NCBI GenBank assembly: GCA_028826165.1 | Contig: JAPDFW010000067.1 | Coordinates: 372,001-436,000, forward strand | Direction: 5' to 3' | Length of the DNA: 64,000 bases | Source of the DNA: Anaeramoeba ignava BMAN | Lineage: Eukaryota; Protista; Anaeramoebae | Shown: piece after piece, positions 1-11,802 of the stretch | Layout of the letters: each line of letters begins with the position of its first letter | Position numbering within the stretch: the stretch's first letter is position 1 | Notes under the pieces: generated by a model | Database searches by the model: none | Told to the model about the DNA's origin: nothing | Seen by the model: the letters and a program-made list of their open reading frames with translations, nothing else | Made by a program: the position numbers and the translations under genes

Positions 1-562
1 ATGATATTAAAAGAAGAATATATCTTCAAATTAAAGCATGGAAAAAATAGCCAAAAAAAATTGTTTTTGTTGAAAAAAAAATTAAAAAAAAAAATTGCAC
101 ATTCCTATAAAATTTTAATAAATTTTTTCAGTTATTTCGTGCTAACTTTTTCTGAGAATGCTGTTAGAATAAATATAAATGTTTCTTCTGTGTATTTCTA
201 TTTATAATTTTTGAAAAAAAATGAATAAGAAAAAATGAATAAAAAAAAAAAAAATTTAAAATGAAATTGATGATAATCTTTTCTCAATTTTTTGATAAAA
301 ATAAATTCACAATAGAAAAATCAATAAAAATAAAAGAAAATGACTGGGAAAAAATTTTTTGCTTTGGGGGAAGGCTTTTAAGAAAAAAAAATTTTTTTTG
401 AAAGAAATAGAAAGATTTTTTTTTATTATTAATTTTAAATAAAGAAAAAGAAAAAGGAAAAGAAAAGGAAATTAAAATGAAAAATAAAACATTTTTTTTT
501 GCTTATTTTTATTTTTTTATTTTTTTTTTCATTTTTTTTTTCATTTTTATTTTTATTATAAA

Positions 563-3500
563 ATGGAATTTTCTATTAATTCAGAAAGACTTGAAGAAAT
601 TATTGAAGATGACGGTGGTTTAATTTTACCTCAAAAGAAAATAAAAATATAAATGAAAAATATAAATGGAAATATAAATAAAAATATAAATGAAAATATA
701 AATAAAAATATAAATAAAAATATAAATGAAAATATAAATGAAAATTCAGATGAAAAGCATTCACATAAACATAGAGATGAAAAACATTCATATAGACATA
801 GAGATGAAAAATATTCATATAAACATAGAGATGAAAAATATTCATATAAACATAGAAATGAAAATAATGATATTTCTACCAACTCAAGAAAACATAAGAA
901 TTTATATTCAAATTCAAATGAAAAAAATTATAAAAATTATCCAAATTATTCATATTCAGATTCAAAATATTCAGATTCAAATGAAATAAATGAAAAATTA
1001 TCCAAATTATTCATATATTCAGATTCAAATTCAAAAATTCAAAATATTCAAAATATTCAAAATATTCAAATTATAAAAATGAAAAATTATTCAAATTATT
1101 CAAATTATTCAAATTCAAATAAAAAATGAAAAAAAATTATTCAAATGATTCAAACGAAACAAATGAAAAATCAAACAAAATTTCGAACACAAAAATATCG
1201 ACAAATTCAACCACCAACACACCTTTTCACACAGGAGGAGTTAATGAAAAACACTCCAACAAATAGAAGAAAGAAAAAAAGGAATGCAAAAGGAATCCAC
1301 TATTCAGAAATAAAAGAAAATCCAAAAAGAAAAAGAAAGCGGATGGGATATAAAAGACCCAAAATTAAAAACGAAAGTATCAGGAGAAGAACTAATAGAA
1401 ACACTTAAAAAAACATCATGGGATGGAAGAACACCACAAAGAAATAAAAACTCAGAATGGGATCCAACACCCCAAAGAAAACCATCTCAAACATTTGAAG
1501 CATATCGAACACCATTAGCAACGCCATCATACAAATACAACAAATGGTTCAGTCAAAACAAAGGCAACGTGAAAAAAACCACGAAGCCAAAGTTTCTCGA
1601 GAAAAAAGACGATGAAACTGACGAGGAGTTCGAAGAAAGATTGAAGGAATTTGAGGAAGCTGAGATCGATGTGGAGCGGAATTGGTACGATGCTGAAGAA
1701 TCAGGAGCTGTTGAATCAACTTCAAATACATTTTATGGAAAATTGGAAAAATTCGAATCTGTTGAACAATCTTTAGCTGTCAGACAAACACAAAAATTGA
1801 CAGCAAGACAAAACCAAATCAATCGAGAAAATGACAATTGGGAGGAAAACAGATTAATCACTAGTGGTGTTGTTGAAAGAACACAAAAGGAGGAAAACAC
1901 GCAAATAGAGCAGGATGAATCACGCATTAGCGTTATGGTTCATGATTTGAAACCGCCTTTTTTAGATGGAAGAATCGCATTTACAAAGCAAAAAGAACCT
2001 GTATTAACTGTTAGGGATCCTGGATCGGATCTTGCCAAATTTGCCAAAAAAGGAAGTAATTTATTAAGAGAAATGCGAAAGGAAAGAGAGAAAATGAAGT
2101 TTCGTCAACGGTTTTGGGAGATTGCTGGCTCCAAAATGGGAGATTCAATAGGAATCAAAGAAAAACCAAAGCTTCTTCAAGGAGACGAAAAATTTTCTTT
2201 GGAAAACGAAAATACAAATCCTCAAGAAAATACACAACCAACTAATCAAACAACCAACACTCCAGACAGCGAAGTTGTTGATTACAAAAAATCAAGTCAA
2301 TATGCGCATCATTTAAAAGAAAAAACTCAAGCAGTCAGTGAATTTTCACGCACTAAAACGCTCAAACAACAGCGAGAGTATCTTCCTATTTTCCATTGCA
2401 GAGAAAATTTGATGAAGGTTATTCGCGATAATTCCATCGTAATTGTTGTTGGACAAACAGGTTCAGGAAAAAGTCTGCGCAACTCAGCAACTGTTTATAC
2501 TCCAAACGGTCCAAAGCACAATGGGGATCTCAAGATTGGCGACTATGTTTGCACTCCAAATGGCAAAATTTCTAAAATACTGAATGTTTATCCACAGGGA
2601 AAAATTGATGTTTATAGAGTACACTTTGATTTGGATGAATTTGTGGATTGTAGTTTGGATCATTTGTGGTTTGTGAATGATAAAAAATCACAATCTAAAA
2701 AAGTTCTTTCTTGCAGTTATTTGATGAAAAATCTTTTTATTGATTCCGACGCAAATTTAAATCATAATAATGCAAATAGAAAATATAGATTTTCAATCGA
2801 TACCCCAGAATTTGTTCATTTTGCTTCCAAAAATGTTGGAATTGATCCTTATTTACTTGGCTTTTTATTATCTCAAAAATCTTCTGTTTCTGATCCACAA
2901 ACTTTTTCCAAATTTTTCCCAAATTATTCGCTTGAAGAAATCAACGAAATCAAACTTAATCTTGGGAAATACAATCTTCAAAAATATAAACAACGATAAA
3001 AAGTACTTTTATTCCAAATGATTATATTTATAATTCGAAAGAAAATCCGTATTAATATTCTGAACGGATTCCTTGATTTTTCAGGCAAAAATAAACATAT
3101 TTGATGGGAAATGTAACATTTATTTTGAATCAAGTTCATTGAAATTAATCAATTCAATTAAACTAATCGTTTATTCTCTTGGAGGAATTTGCAAAATTGA
3201 TGGAATATCAAGAAACAAATGGAGAACGAGAATTTATCATCAAAATTTGGAGCAATTCTTTTCAGACAATTCAAAGAAAACAGAAATCGAAAAATTTGGA
3301 AGTTATAAATTGGAAAAAAGAATAGTTAAAATTGAAAAAATAGGAGAGGATTTATGCCAATGTATTTATATTGATGACGAATCTCATCTTTATTTGACAG
3401 ATAATTTCACAATCACTCATAATACAACACAATTAACTCAATACTTACATGAAGAAGGATATACAAAAGGTGGGATTATTGGATGCACACAACCACGAAG

Positions 3501-6500
3501 AGTTGCTGCAGTATCAGTTGCGAAAAGAGTTAGTGAAGAAATGGGTTGTGAATTAGGAGATTTGGTTGGATATTCAATTAGATTTGAGGATTGTTCTACT
3601 AAGGATAAAACAATTATTAAATACATGACTGATGGTGGTGTTTTATTAAGAGAATCATTGCATCAATCAAATTTGGAACAATATAGTTGTGTTGTAATGG
3701 ATGAAGGTTTGTTTTCATTTCATTTCATTTCATTTCATGTTTTTGGAAAATTTTTATTAATTTAATTTTATTATTATATTTCTATTTTAGCTCATGAAAG
3801 ATCTCTTCATACAGATGTTTTATTTGGTATTTTGAAAAAAATTGTTTCTGCTCGTAGAGATATGAAATTAATTGTAACTTCAGCAACAATGGATGCTGAT
3901 AAATTTGCTTCATTCTTTGGAAATGCACCAATTTTCGAAATTCCTGGAAGAACATTTCCTGTTCAAGTAAGAAATTTATTCAAAAACAAAAACAACAAAA
4001 AACAAAATTTATTAAAACAAAAAACAAACTTTTTTTTAGATTCGATATTCAAAATATCCATTAGAAGATTATGTTGAAGCAGCTGTTAAGCAAACCATTG
4101 AAATACATTTATCAAAACCACCAGGAGATATATTAGTTTTTATGACTGGACAAGAAGATATTGAAACAACTTGTTATTGTATTTCTGATCGACTTAAAAA
4201 ATTAGGAGATGATGTTCTTCCACTTGCAATTTTACCAATATATTCTCAATTACCATCAGATCTTCAAGCAAGAATATTTGATAAAGCACCAAATAATGCT
4301 CGGAAATGTATTGTTGCTACTAATATTGCTGAAACTTCTTTAACTGTTGATGGTATTTTATATGTTGTTGATTGTGGTTATTCCAAATTAAAGGTATATA
4401 ATCCAAAAATTGGGATGGATGCTTTAACTGTTACACCAATATCTAAAGCAGCAGCAAATCAAAGATCAGGAAGAGCTGGGCGAACAGGACCTGGGACTGT
4501 AAAATTTATTTAAAATTTAATTTAAAATTTAATTTAAAATTTAATTTAAAATATAATTGAAATATTCCAAAAACATGAAATATAAAAATATAATTTAAAA
4601 TTTATTTAAAATTTATTTAAAATATTCCAAAAACATGAAATATAAAAATATAATTTAAAATTAATTTAAAATATATTTAAAATATAATTTAAAATTAATT
4701 TAAAATATATTTAAAATATAATTTAAAATTAATTTAAAAAATATATTTAAAATATAATTTAAAATTAAATTGAAATTTATTTAAAATATTCCAAAAACAT
4801 GAAATATAAAAATATAATTTAAAATTAAATTGAAATATTCCAAAAACATGAAATATAAAAATATAATTTAAAATTTAATTAAAATTTAATTGAAATATTC
4901 CAAAAACATGAAATATAAAAATATAATTAAAATATAATTGAAATATTCCAAAAACATGAAATATAAAAAAATATAATTGAAATTATAATTGAAATTATAA
5001 TTAAAATTTAATTTAAAATTAATTTGAAATTTAATTGAAATATTCCAAAAACATGAAATATAAAAATATAATTGAAATTATAATTAAAATTTATTTAAAA
5101 TTTATTTAAAAATATAATTGAAATATTCAAAAACATGAAATATAAAAATATAATTTAAAAAATTTAAAATTTAATTGAAATATTCCAAAAACATGAAATA
5201 TAAAAATATAATTAAAATATAATTGAAATATTCCAAAAACATGAAATATAAAAATATAATTGAAATTTAATTGAAATTATAATTAAAATATAATTTAAAA
5301 TTAATTTAAAATTTAATTGAAATATTCCAAAAACATGAAATATAAAAATATAATTGAAATTTAATTAAAATTTATTTAAAATTTATTAAAATTTATTTAA
5401 AATTTATTTTAAAATATAAAAAGTGCTTCCGACTTTATACATACAGACAATATTCAGAAGAACTCCTCGAAAATACAATTCCAGAAATTCAAAGAACAAA
5501 TCTTGGAAATGTTGTACTTTTATTAAAATCCTTAGAAATTGACGATCTACTAGAATTTGAATTTATGGATCCACCACCACATGACAACATGTTGAACTCA
5601 ATGTATCAACTTTGGATATTAGGAGCACTGGACAACACAGGAGATCTAACAGAACTTGGAGCAAAAATGGTAGAATTCCCATTGGATCCACCACTTTCAA
5701 AAATGTTAATTAAATCAGTCGAACTGGGATGTTCAGCAGAAATATTAACAATAGTTTCAATGCTTTCTGTTCCTTCAATTTTCTTCCGACCAAAAGATCG
5801 TGAAGATGAAAGTGATTCCAAAAGAGAAAAATTCTTCGTTCCAGAATCAGATCATCTGACGTTGCTGAATGTATATCAACAATGGAAAGCAAATCATTAT
5901 AGTTCTGATTGGGCAGCTGAACATTTTATTCATATCAAAGCACTTCGAAGAGTAAGAGAAGTTCGTTCACAACTACTTGAGATAATGAAGCAGCAAGAAA
6001 TCAAGTACATCTCATGCGAATCAAACTGGGATCTTGTTCGCAAATCGATTTGTTCCGCATTTTTTCATCACGCGTCAAAAATCAAAGGATTAGTTGAATA
6101 TGTTAATTTACGAACAGGCCTAACTTGCCACTTGCATCCCACAAGTTCTCTATACGGATCAGGTTTCACGCCTGACTACGTTGTGTACCACGAACTAGTC
6201 ATGACTACAAAAGAGTTTATGCAGTGCGTTACTGCTGTAGAGCCCGAATGGCTCGCTCAACTTGGTCCTATGTTTTTTTCTTTAAGACTCAATTTTGCAG
6301 ATCAATCTCTTAGAAAAAAAAACGAAAAACAAAAGCAGGATTTGCTTAATATGGAAAAGGAACTCTTGGAAAAACAAATCCAAAAAGATCGAGAAAAATG
6401 GAAGAGCAAAAAGAAGAAAATTAATTAATAGTAAAAAGAATAGTTTGAAACAATCTTATATTGGAACTCCAAGAAGAAAACCAAGAAGAATCGGTCTTTA

Positions 6501-6501
6501 A
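563..6501 (+). CDS. PRP16: Pre-mRNA splicing DEAH-box RNA helicase Prp16/DHX38; intein-containing, 3 introns, several homopolymer frameshifts
   Basis: Motifs reconstructed by hand: [31 protein letters not shown]^[26 protein letters not shown]|AHER (intron 3707-3790), SAT, PGRTFPV|IRY (intron 3967-4039), [13 protein letters not shown]|CFRLYT (intron 4499-5423), MDPPP, C-terminal [14 protein letters not shown] 563 ([22 protein letters not shown]) is inferred across frameshifts. Confidence 0.93.
748..862 (+). repeat. About 4 copies of a 27-bp coding repeat (HRDEKYSYK-like) in the Prp16 N-terminal region
   Basis: catagagatgaaaaa(c/t)attcatata(a/g)a repeated in tandem; seen in ORF 653..1129. Confidence 0.8.
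2472..3423 (+). mobile_element. Class 1 intein with degenerate LAGLIDADG-type endonuclease region, inserted in Walker A of Prp16
   Basis: 952 nt between GSGK and TTQL. Block [14 protein letters not shown]...GDLKIGDYV, block B DCSLDHLW, block C-like DPYLLGFLL, blocks [25 protein letters not shown] followed by +1 Thr. Confidence 0.95.
4499..5423 (+). repeat. 925-nt intron of PRP16 filled with an AT-rich minisatellite (aatattccaaaaacatgaaatataaaaatataatt plus aaaattt spacers)
   Basis: GT at 4499 and AG at 5422-5423 join GPGT to CFRLYT; the core unit recurs about 10 times. Confidence 0.88.
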
Positions 6502-6626
6502 AAATAAAAATAAAAATTAAAAATAAAAATAAAATTAAAATTCGAAAATAAAAATAAAAAGAAATTAGAAAATAAATTGGAATGAATTTGAATTTAATTT
6601 TAAATTTTTTTTGTTATTTTTTTTAT

Positions 6627-7754
6627 TCAAAATATTTTTCTTATAAGTATAGTAGGTCCACTTTCATCATATTCTTCTTTTGTAATCCATACAGATTGGA
6701 AAGTAGAAAGTGATGCTAAAATTGAACCTCCAATCCATGATGAATATTTTCTATCTGGATCTGCAATAATTTTAATTTCCATTTTATCAGGAATAATTTG
6801 TTTAATTTCTTTTTCAAGTCTTTCTTTAAAATTTGGGAATAATGTTGTTCCTCCTGTTAATATAATATTATTGAAAAAATCTTTTCTTGATGAAATATCA
6901 CAATTCATAATTGAATTATAAATTAATTTATGAATTCCTTCTAAATCAATTCCAATTATTTTAGGTTCAAATAAACATTCACAACATTTGATTCTTTCAT
7001 TTGAAATACTGATAATATCTCCATTTTTTAATTCATAAGCTTCTTCTAATTCAGTTTCATTTTGATTTAATTCTTGTTGAAAATTAAGAGAACAATAACA
7101 TAATTTTTCTTTAATATCTCTTGCAATTTCAATATCACTTGATTTTTCAAATGAATAATCTTGTTTTTTAAGTAATTTAATCAAATAATTTGTTAAATCA
7201 TTTCCTCCAAATTGATATTGATCAATTATATTATAAATTTCATATCCTTCATAAATTGGTTCAGTAAAAGTAATTTCATGTCCAATTCCAAAAACAAATC
7301 CAGTTGTTCTTCCTGTTGAATATAATGTTAATATTCCTGAATTTCCAAGATAAAATGCTGGTGTATTAAATGTTTCAAACATGATTTGTTTTATTTTATC
7401 TTTAGAACTTTTTGGATTAAATGGAGAATCAGCTATTAAAACTGGATGTTCTTCAGGTGCAATTTTTAATTCATTATAAAAGATATGATGCCACATTTTT
7501 TCCATATTATCCCAATTTTCAATAATTCCTTTTTGAATTGGATAACTTAAATTTAATATTTCTTTATTTTCTTGTGCTTCATTTCCAATATATTGTGATT
7601 TAGATAAATTTATTAAATTCGATTCATTTATTAAATTCCCAATAATATTTCTTGTATTCTTTTTTGGTAAATCATCTCCAGCAAAACCTGATCTAATTTC
7701 AAATGAACCATTATCAATAACAATAGCTTGATAATCAATATCTTCTTCAATCAT
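6627..7754 (-). CDS. Divergent actin-like protein, copy 1 (intact, 375 aa, intronless)
   Basis: [68 protein letters not shown]. Confidence 0.92.
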   Translation of the reverse strand: MIEEDIDYQAIVIDNGSFEIRSGFAGDDLPKKNTRNIIGNLINESNLINLSKSQYIGNEAQENKEILNLSYPIQKGIIENWDNMEKMWHHIFYNELKIAPEEHPVLIADSPFNPKSSKDKIKQIMFETFNTPAFYLGNSGILTLYSTGRTTGFVFGIGHEITFTEPIYEGYEIYNIIDQYQFGGNDLTNYLIKLLKKQDYSFEKSSDIEIARDIKEKLCYCSLNFQQELNQNETELEEAYELKNGDIISISNERIKCCECLFEPKIIGIDLEGIHKLIYNSIMNCDISSRKDFFNNIILTGGTTLFPNFKERLEKEIKQIIPDKMEIKIIADPDRKYSSWIGGSILASLSTFQSVWITKEEYDESGPTILIRKIF

Positions 7755-7861
7755 TTTATTTAAAAAAAAAATGAAAAAAATGAAAAATTATTTTTCTGAT
7801 TTTTTAAAAATGAAAAATAAATTTCTTCTCTTATTTTTTGATTTTTAAAAAAAAAAGTAAT

Positions 7862-9020
7862 TTAAAATAATCGACCACGAGTAATACTAGGTCCACTTTC
7901 ATCATATTCTTCTTTTGTAATCCATACATTTTCGAAAGTAGAAAGTGATGCTAAAATTGAACCTCCAATCCATGATGAATATTTTCTATCTGGATCTGCA
8001 ATAATTTTAATTTCCATTTTATCAGGAATAATTTGTTTAATTTCTTTTTCAAGTCTTTCTTTAAAATTTGGAAATAATGTTGTTCCTCCTGTTAATATAA
8101 TATTATTGAAAAAATCTTTTCTTGATGAAATATCACATTTCATAATTGAATTATAAATTAATTTATGAATTCCTTCTAAATCAATTCCAATTATTTTAGG
8201 TTCAAATAAACATTCACAACATTTGATTCTTTCGTTTGAAATACTGATAATATCTCCATTTTTTAATTCATAAGCTTCTTCTAATTCAGTTTCATTTTGA
8301 TTTTGGTTTTCAGTTTCATTTTGATTTAATTCTTGTTGAAAATTAAGAGAACAATAACATAATTTTTCTTTAATATCTCTTGCAATTTCAGTATCATTTG
8401 ATTTATCAAATGAATAATCTTGTTCTTTAAGTAATTTAATCAAATAATTTGTTAAATCATTTCCTCCAAATTGATATTGATCAATTATATTGTAAATTTC
8501 ATATCCTTCATAAATTGGTTCAGTAAAAGTAATTTCATGTCCAATTCCAAAAACAAATCCAGTTGTTCTTCCTGTTGAATATAATGTTAATATTCCTGAA
8601 TTTCCAAGATAAAATGCTGGTGTATTAAATGTTTCAAAACATGATTTGTTTTATTTTATCTTTTAGAATTTCTTGGATTAAATGGAGAATCAGCCATTAA
8701 AAGTGGATGTTCTTCAGGTGCAATTTTTAATTCATTATAAAAGATATGATGCCATATTTTTTCCATATTATCCCAATTTTCAATAATTCCTTTTTGAATT
8801 GGATAACTTAAATTTAATATTTCTTTATTTTCTTGTGCTTCATTTCCAATATATTGTGATTTAGATAAATTTATTAAATTCAATTGATTCATTTATTAAA
8901 TTTCCAATAATATTTCTTGTATTCTTTTTGGTAAATCATCTCCAGCAAAAACCTGATCTAATTTTCAAATGAACCATTATCAATAACAATAGCTTGATAA
9001 CCAATATCTTCTTCAATCAT
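7862..9020 (-). CDS. Divergent actin-like protein, copy 2 (frameshifts in homopolymers)
   Basis: Near-identical to copy 1; ATG at 9020 ([17 protein letters not shown]); ORF fragments 7862..8443 and 8656..8892. Confidence 0.85.
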
Positions 9021-9153
9021 TTTATTTAAAAAAAAAATGAAAAAAATGAAAAAAATGAAAAAAATGAAAAATGAAAAATGAAAAAAATGAAAAAAATGAA
9101 AAAATATTTGAAAAGTCAATCATAATTCGAAAAAAAAAATAATTCAAAATAAT

Positions 9154-10414
9154 TCAAAATAATCCGCCATAACTCATCATATCCTCATCCTCACTTTCAC
9201 TATATAATTCTTTTGAAATCCACATATTTTGGAAAGTAGAAAGTGATGCTAAAATTGAACCTCCAATCCATGATGAATATTTTCTATTTGGATCTGCAAT
9301 AATTTTAACTTTCATTTTATCAGGAATAATTTGTTTGATTTCTTTTTCAAGTCTTTCTTTAAAATTTGGAAATAATGTTGTTCCTCCTGTTAATATAATA
9401 TTATTGAAAAAATCTTTTCTTGATGAAATATCACATTTCATAATTGAATTATAAATTAATTTATGAATTCCTTCTAAATCAATTCCAATTATTTTAGGTT
9501 CAAATAAACATTCACAACATTTAATTCTTTCGTTTGAAATATTGATAATATCTCCATTTTTTAATTCATAAATATCTTCTAATTCAGTTTCATTTTGATT
9601 TTGGTTTTCAGTTTCATTTTGATTTAATTCTTGTTGAAAATTAAGAGAACAATAACATAATTTTTCTTTAATATCTCTTGCAATTTCAGTATCATTTGAT
9701 TTATCAAATGAATAATCTTGTTCTTTAAGTAATTTAATCAAATAATTTGTTAAATCATTTCCTCCAAATTGATATTGATCAATTATATTTGAACTTTCAT
9801 ATCCTTCATAAATTGGTTCAGTAAAAGTAATTTCATGTCCAATTCCAAAAACAAATCCTGTTGTTCTTCCTGTTGAATATAATGTTAATATTCCTGAATT
9901 TGCAAGATAAAATCCTGAAACGTTAAATGTTTCAAACATGATTTCTTGTATTTTTTCTTTAGAACTTTTTGGATTAAATGGAGAATCAGCTATTAAAACT
10001 GGATGTTCTTCAGGTGCAATTTTCAGTTCATTATAAAAGATATGATGCCACATTTTTTCCATATTATCCCAATTTTCAATAATTCCTTTTTGAATTGGAT
10101 AACTTAAATTTAATATTTCTTTATTTTCTTGTGCTTCATTTCCAATATATTGTGATTTAGATAAATTTATTAAATTCGATTCATTTATTAAATTTCCAAT
10201 AATATTTCTTGTATTCTTTTTGGTAAATCATCTCCAGCAAAACCTGATCTTATTTCAAAATGAACCATTATCAATAACAATAGCTTTATAATTATTCTGA
10301 TTGGAAATGAATTGACTATTAGTCTCTGTCAATTTGTATGTAGAATCACCAAAAATACCATCAGAATCACTTGTAGAATTTTCAAAACCAAAACTGTCAA
10401 AAATCGTCAAACAT
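9154..10414 (-). CDS. Divergent actin-like protein, copy 3, with acidic N-terminal extension and distinct C-terminus
   Basis: ORF 9154..10062 plus upstream sequence reading (with frameshifts) MFDD..SFGFENSTSDSDGIFGDSTYKLTE...[11 protein letters not shown]. Confidence 0.82.
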
Positions 10415-10543
10415 TTATTTTTATTTAGAAGTAAATAAGAAAAATGAAAAAGAAAACGTCATTTAAAAATAAAAATATTTTTGCTTTTTAAAATTGAAAA
10501 AAGAAAAAAGAGAAAGAAAAATGGAAAAATTTTAAAAAGTAAT

Positions 10544-11671
10544 TCAAAAACTCCACGCTGTCTAATAATACTAGGTCCACTTTCATCATATTCTTTCTTT
10601 TGAAATCCATACAGATTGGAAAGTAGAAAGTGATGCTAAAATTAACCTCCAAATCCATGATGAATATTTTCTATCTGGATCTGCAATAATTTTAATTTCC
10701 ATTTTATCAGGAATAATTTGTTTAATTTCTTTTTCAAGTCTTTCTTTAAAATTTGGAAATAATGTTGTTCCTCCTGTTAATATAATATTATTGAAAAATC
10801 TTTTCTTGATGAAATATCACATTTCATTATTGAATTATAAATTAATTTTATGAATTCCTTCTAAATCAATTCCAATTATTTTAGGTTCAAATAAACATTC
10901 ACAACATTTAATTTTTCATTTGAAATACTGATAATATCTCCATTTTTAATTCATAAGCTTCTTCTAATTCAGTTTCATTTTTGATTTAATTCTTGTTGAA
11001 AATTAAGAGAACAATAACATAATTTTTCTTTAATATCTTCTTTGCAATTTCAATATCACTTGATTTATCAAATGAATAATCTTGTTCTTTAAGTAATTTA
11101 ATCAAATAATTTGTTAAATCATTTCCTCCAAATTGATATTGATCAATTATATTGTAAATTTCATATCCTTCATAAATTGGTTCAGTAAAAGTAATTTCAT
11201 GTCCAATTCCAAAAACAAATCCAGTTGTTCTTCCTGTTGAATATAATGTTAATATTCCTGAATTTCCAAGATAAAATGCTGGTGTATTAAATGTTTCAAA
11301 CATGATTTCTTGTATTTTTTTTTTTAAATTTCTTGGATTAAATGGAGAATCAGCTATTAAAACTGGATGTTCTTCAGGTGCAATTTTCAGTTCATTATAA
11401 AAAGATATGATGCCACATTTTCTCCATATTATCCCAATTTTCAATAATTCCTTTTTGAATTGGATAACTTAAATTTTATTTCTTTTATTTCTTTGTTTCA
11501 TTTCCAATATATTGTGATTTAGATAAATTTGTTAAATTCGATTCATTTATTAAATTCCCAATAATATTTTTGTATTCTTTTTGTAAATCATCTCCAGCAA
11601 AAACCTGATCTAATTTCAAATGAACCATTATCAATAACAATAGCTTGATAATCAATATCTTCTTCAATCAT
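10544..11671 (-). CDS. Divergent actin-like protein, copy 4 (many frameshifts: pseudogene or unpolished sequence)
   Basis: Colinear with copy 1 from ATG 11671 to TGA 10544 (...GPSIIRQRGVF). Confidence 0.75.
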
Positions 11672-11802
11672 TTTATTTAAAAAGAAAAATGAAAAATGAA
11701 AAATGAAAAATAGAATTAGGGATAAAAATGAAAATTGAGGAATTTTGTTTTATTTAACGATTTATTAAGAAGAGAAAAGAATTGAAAAGAAAAAGTAATT
11801 AA

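Noticed and set aside
1-207. 68-aa ORF at the window start (also 59127-59384)
   Set aside because: Low-complexity K/F-rich intergenic sequence with no recognisable motif.
3003-3084. Shorter GT-AG intron candidate inside the intein
   Set aside because: Length is 3n+1, but the in-frame TAA at 2997-2999 lies upstream of this donor, so it cannot rescue the frame.
3625-3645. Extra Gly in Prp16 motif Ib region ([10 protein letters not shown] versus the usual MTDGVLLRE)
   Set aside because: A ggt duplication that could be a consensus error; cannot be judged without reads.
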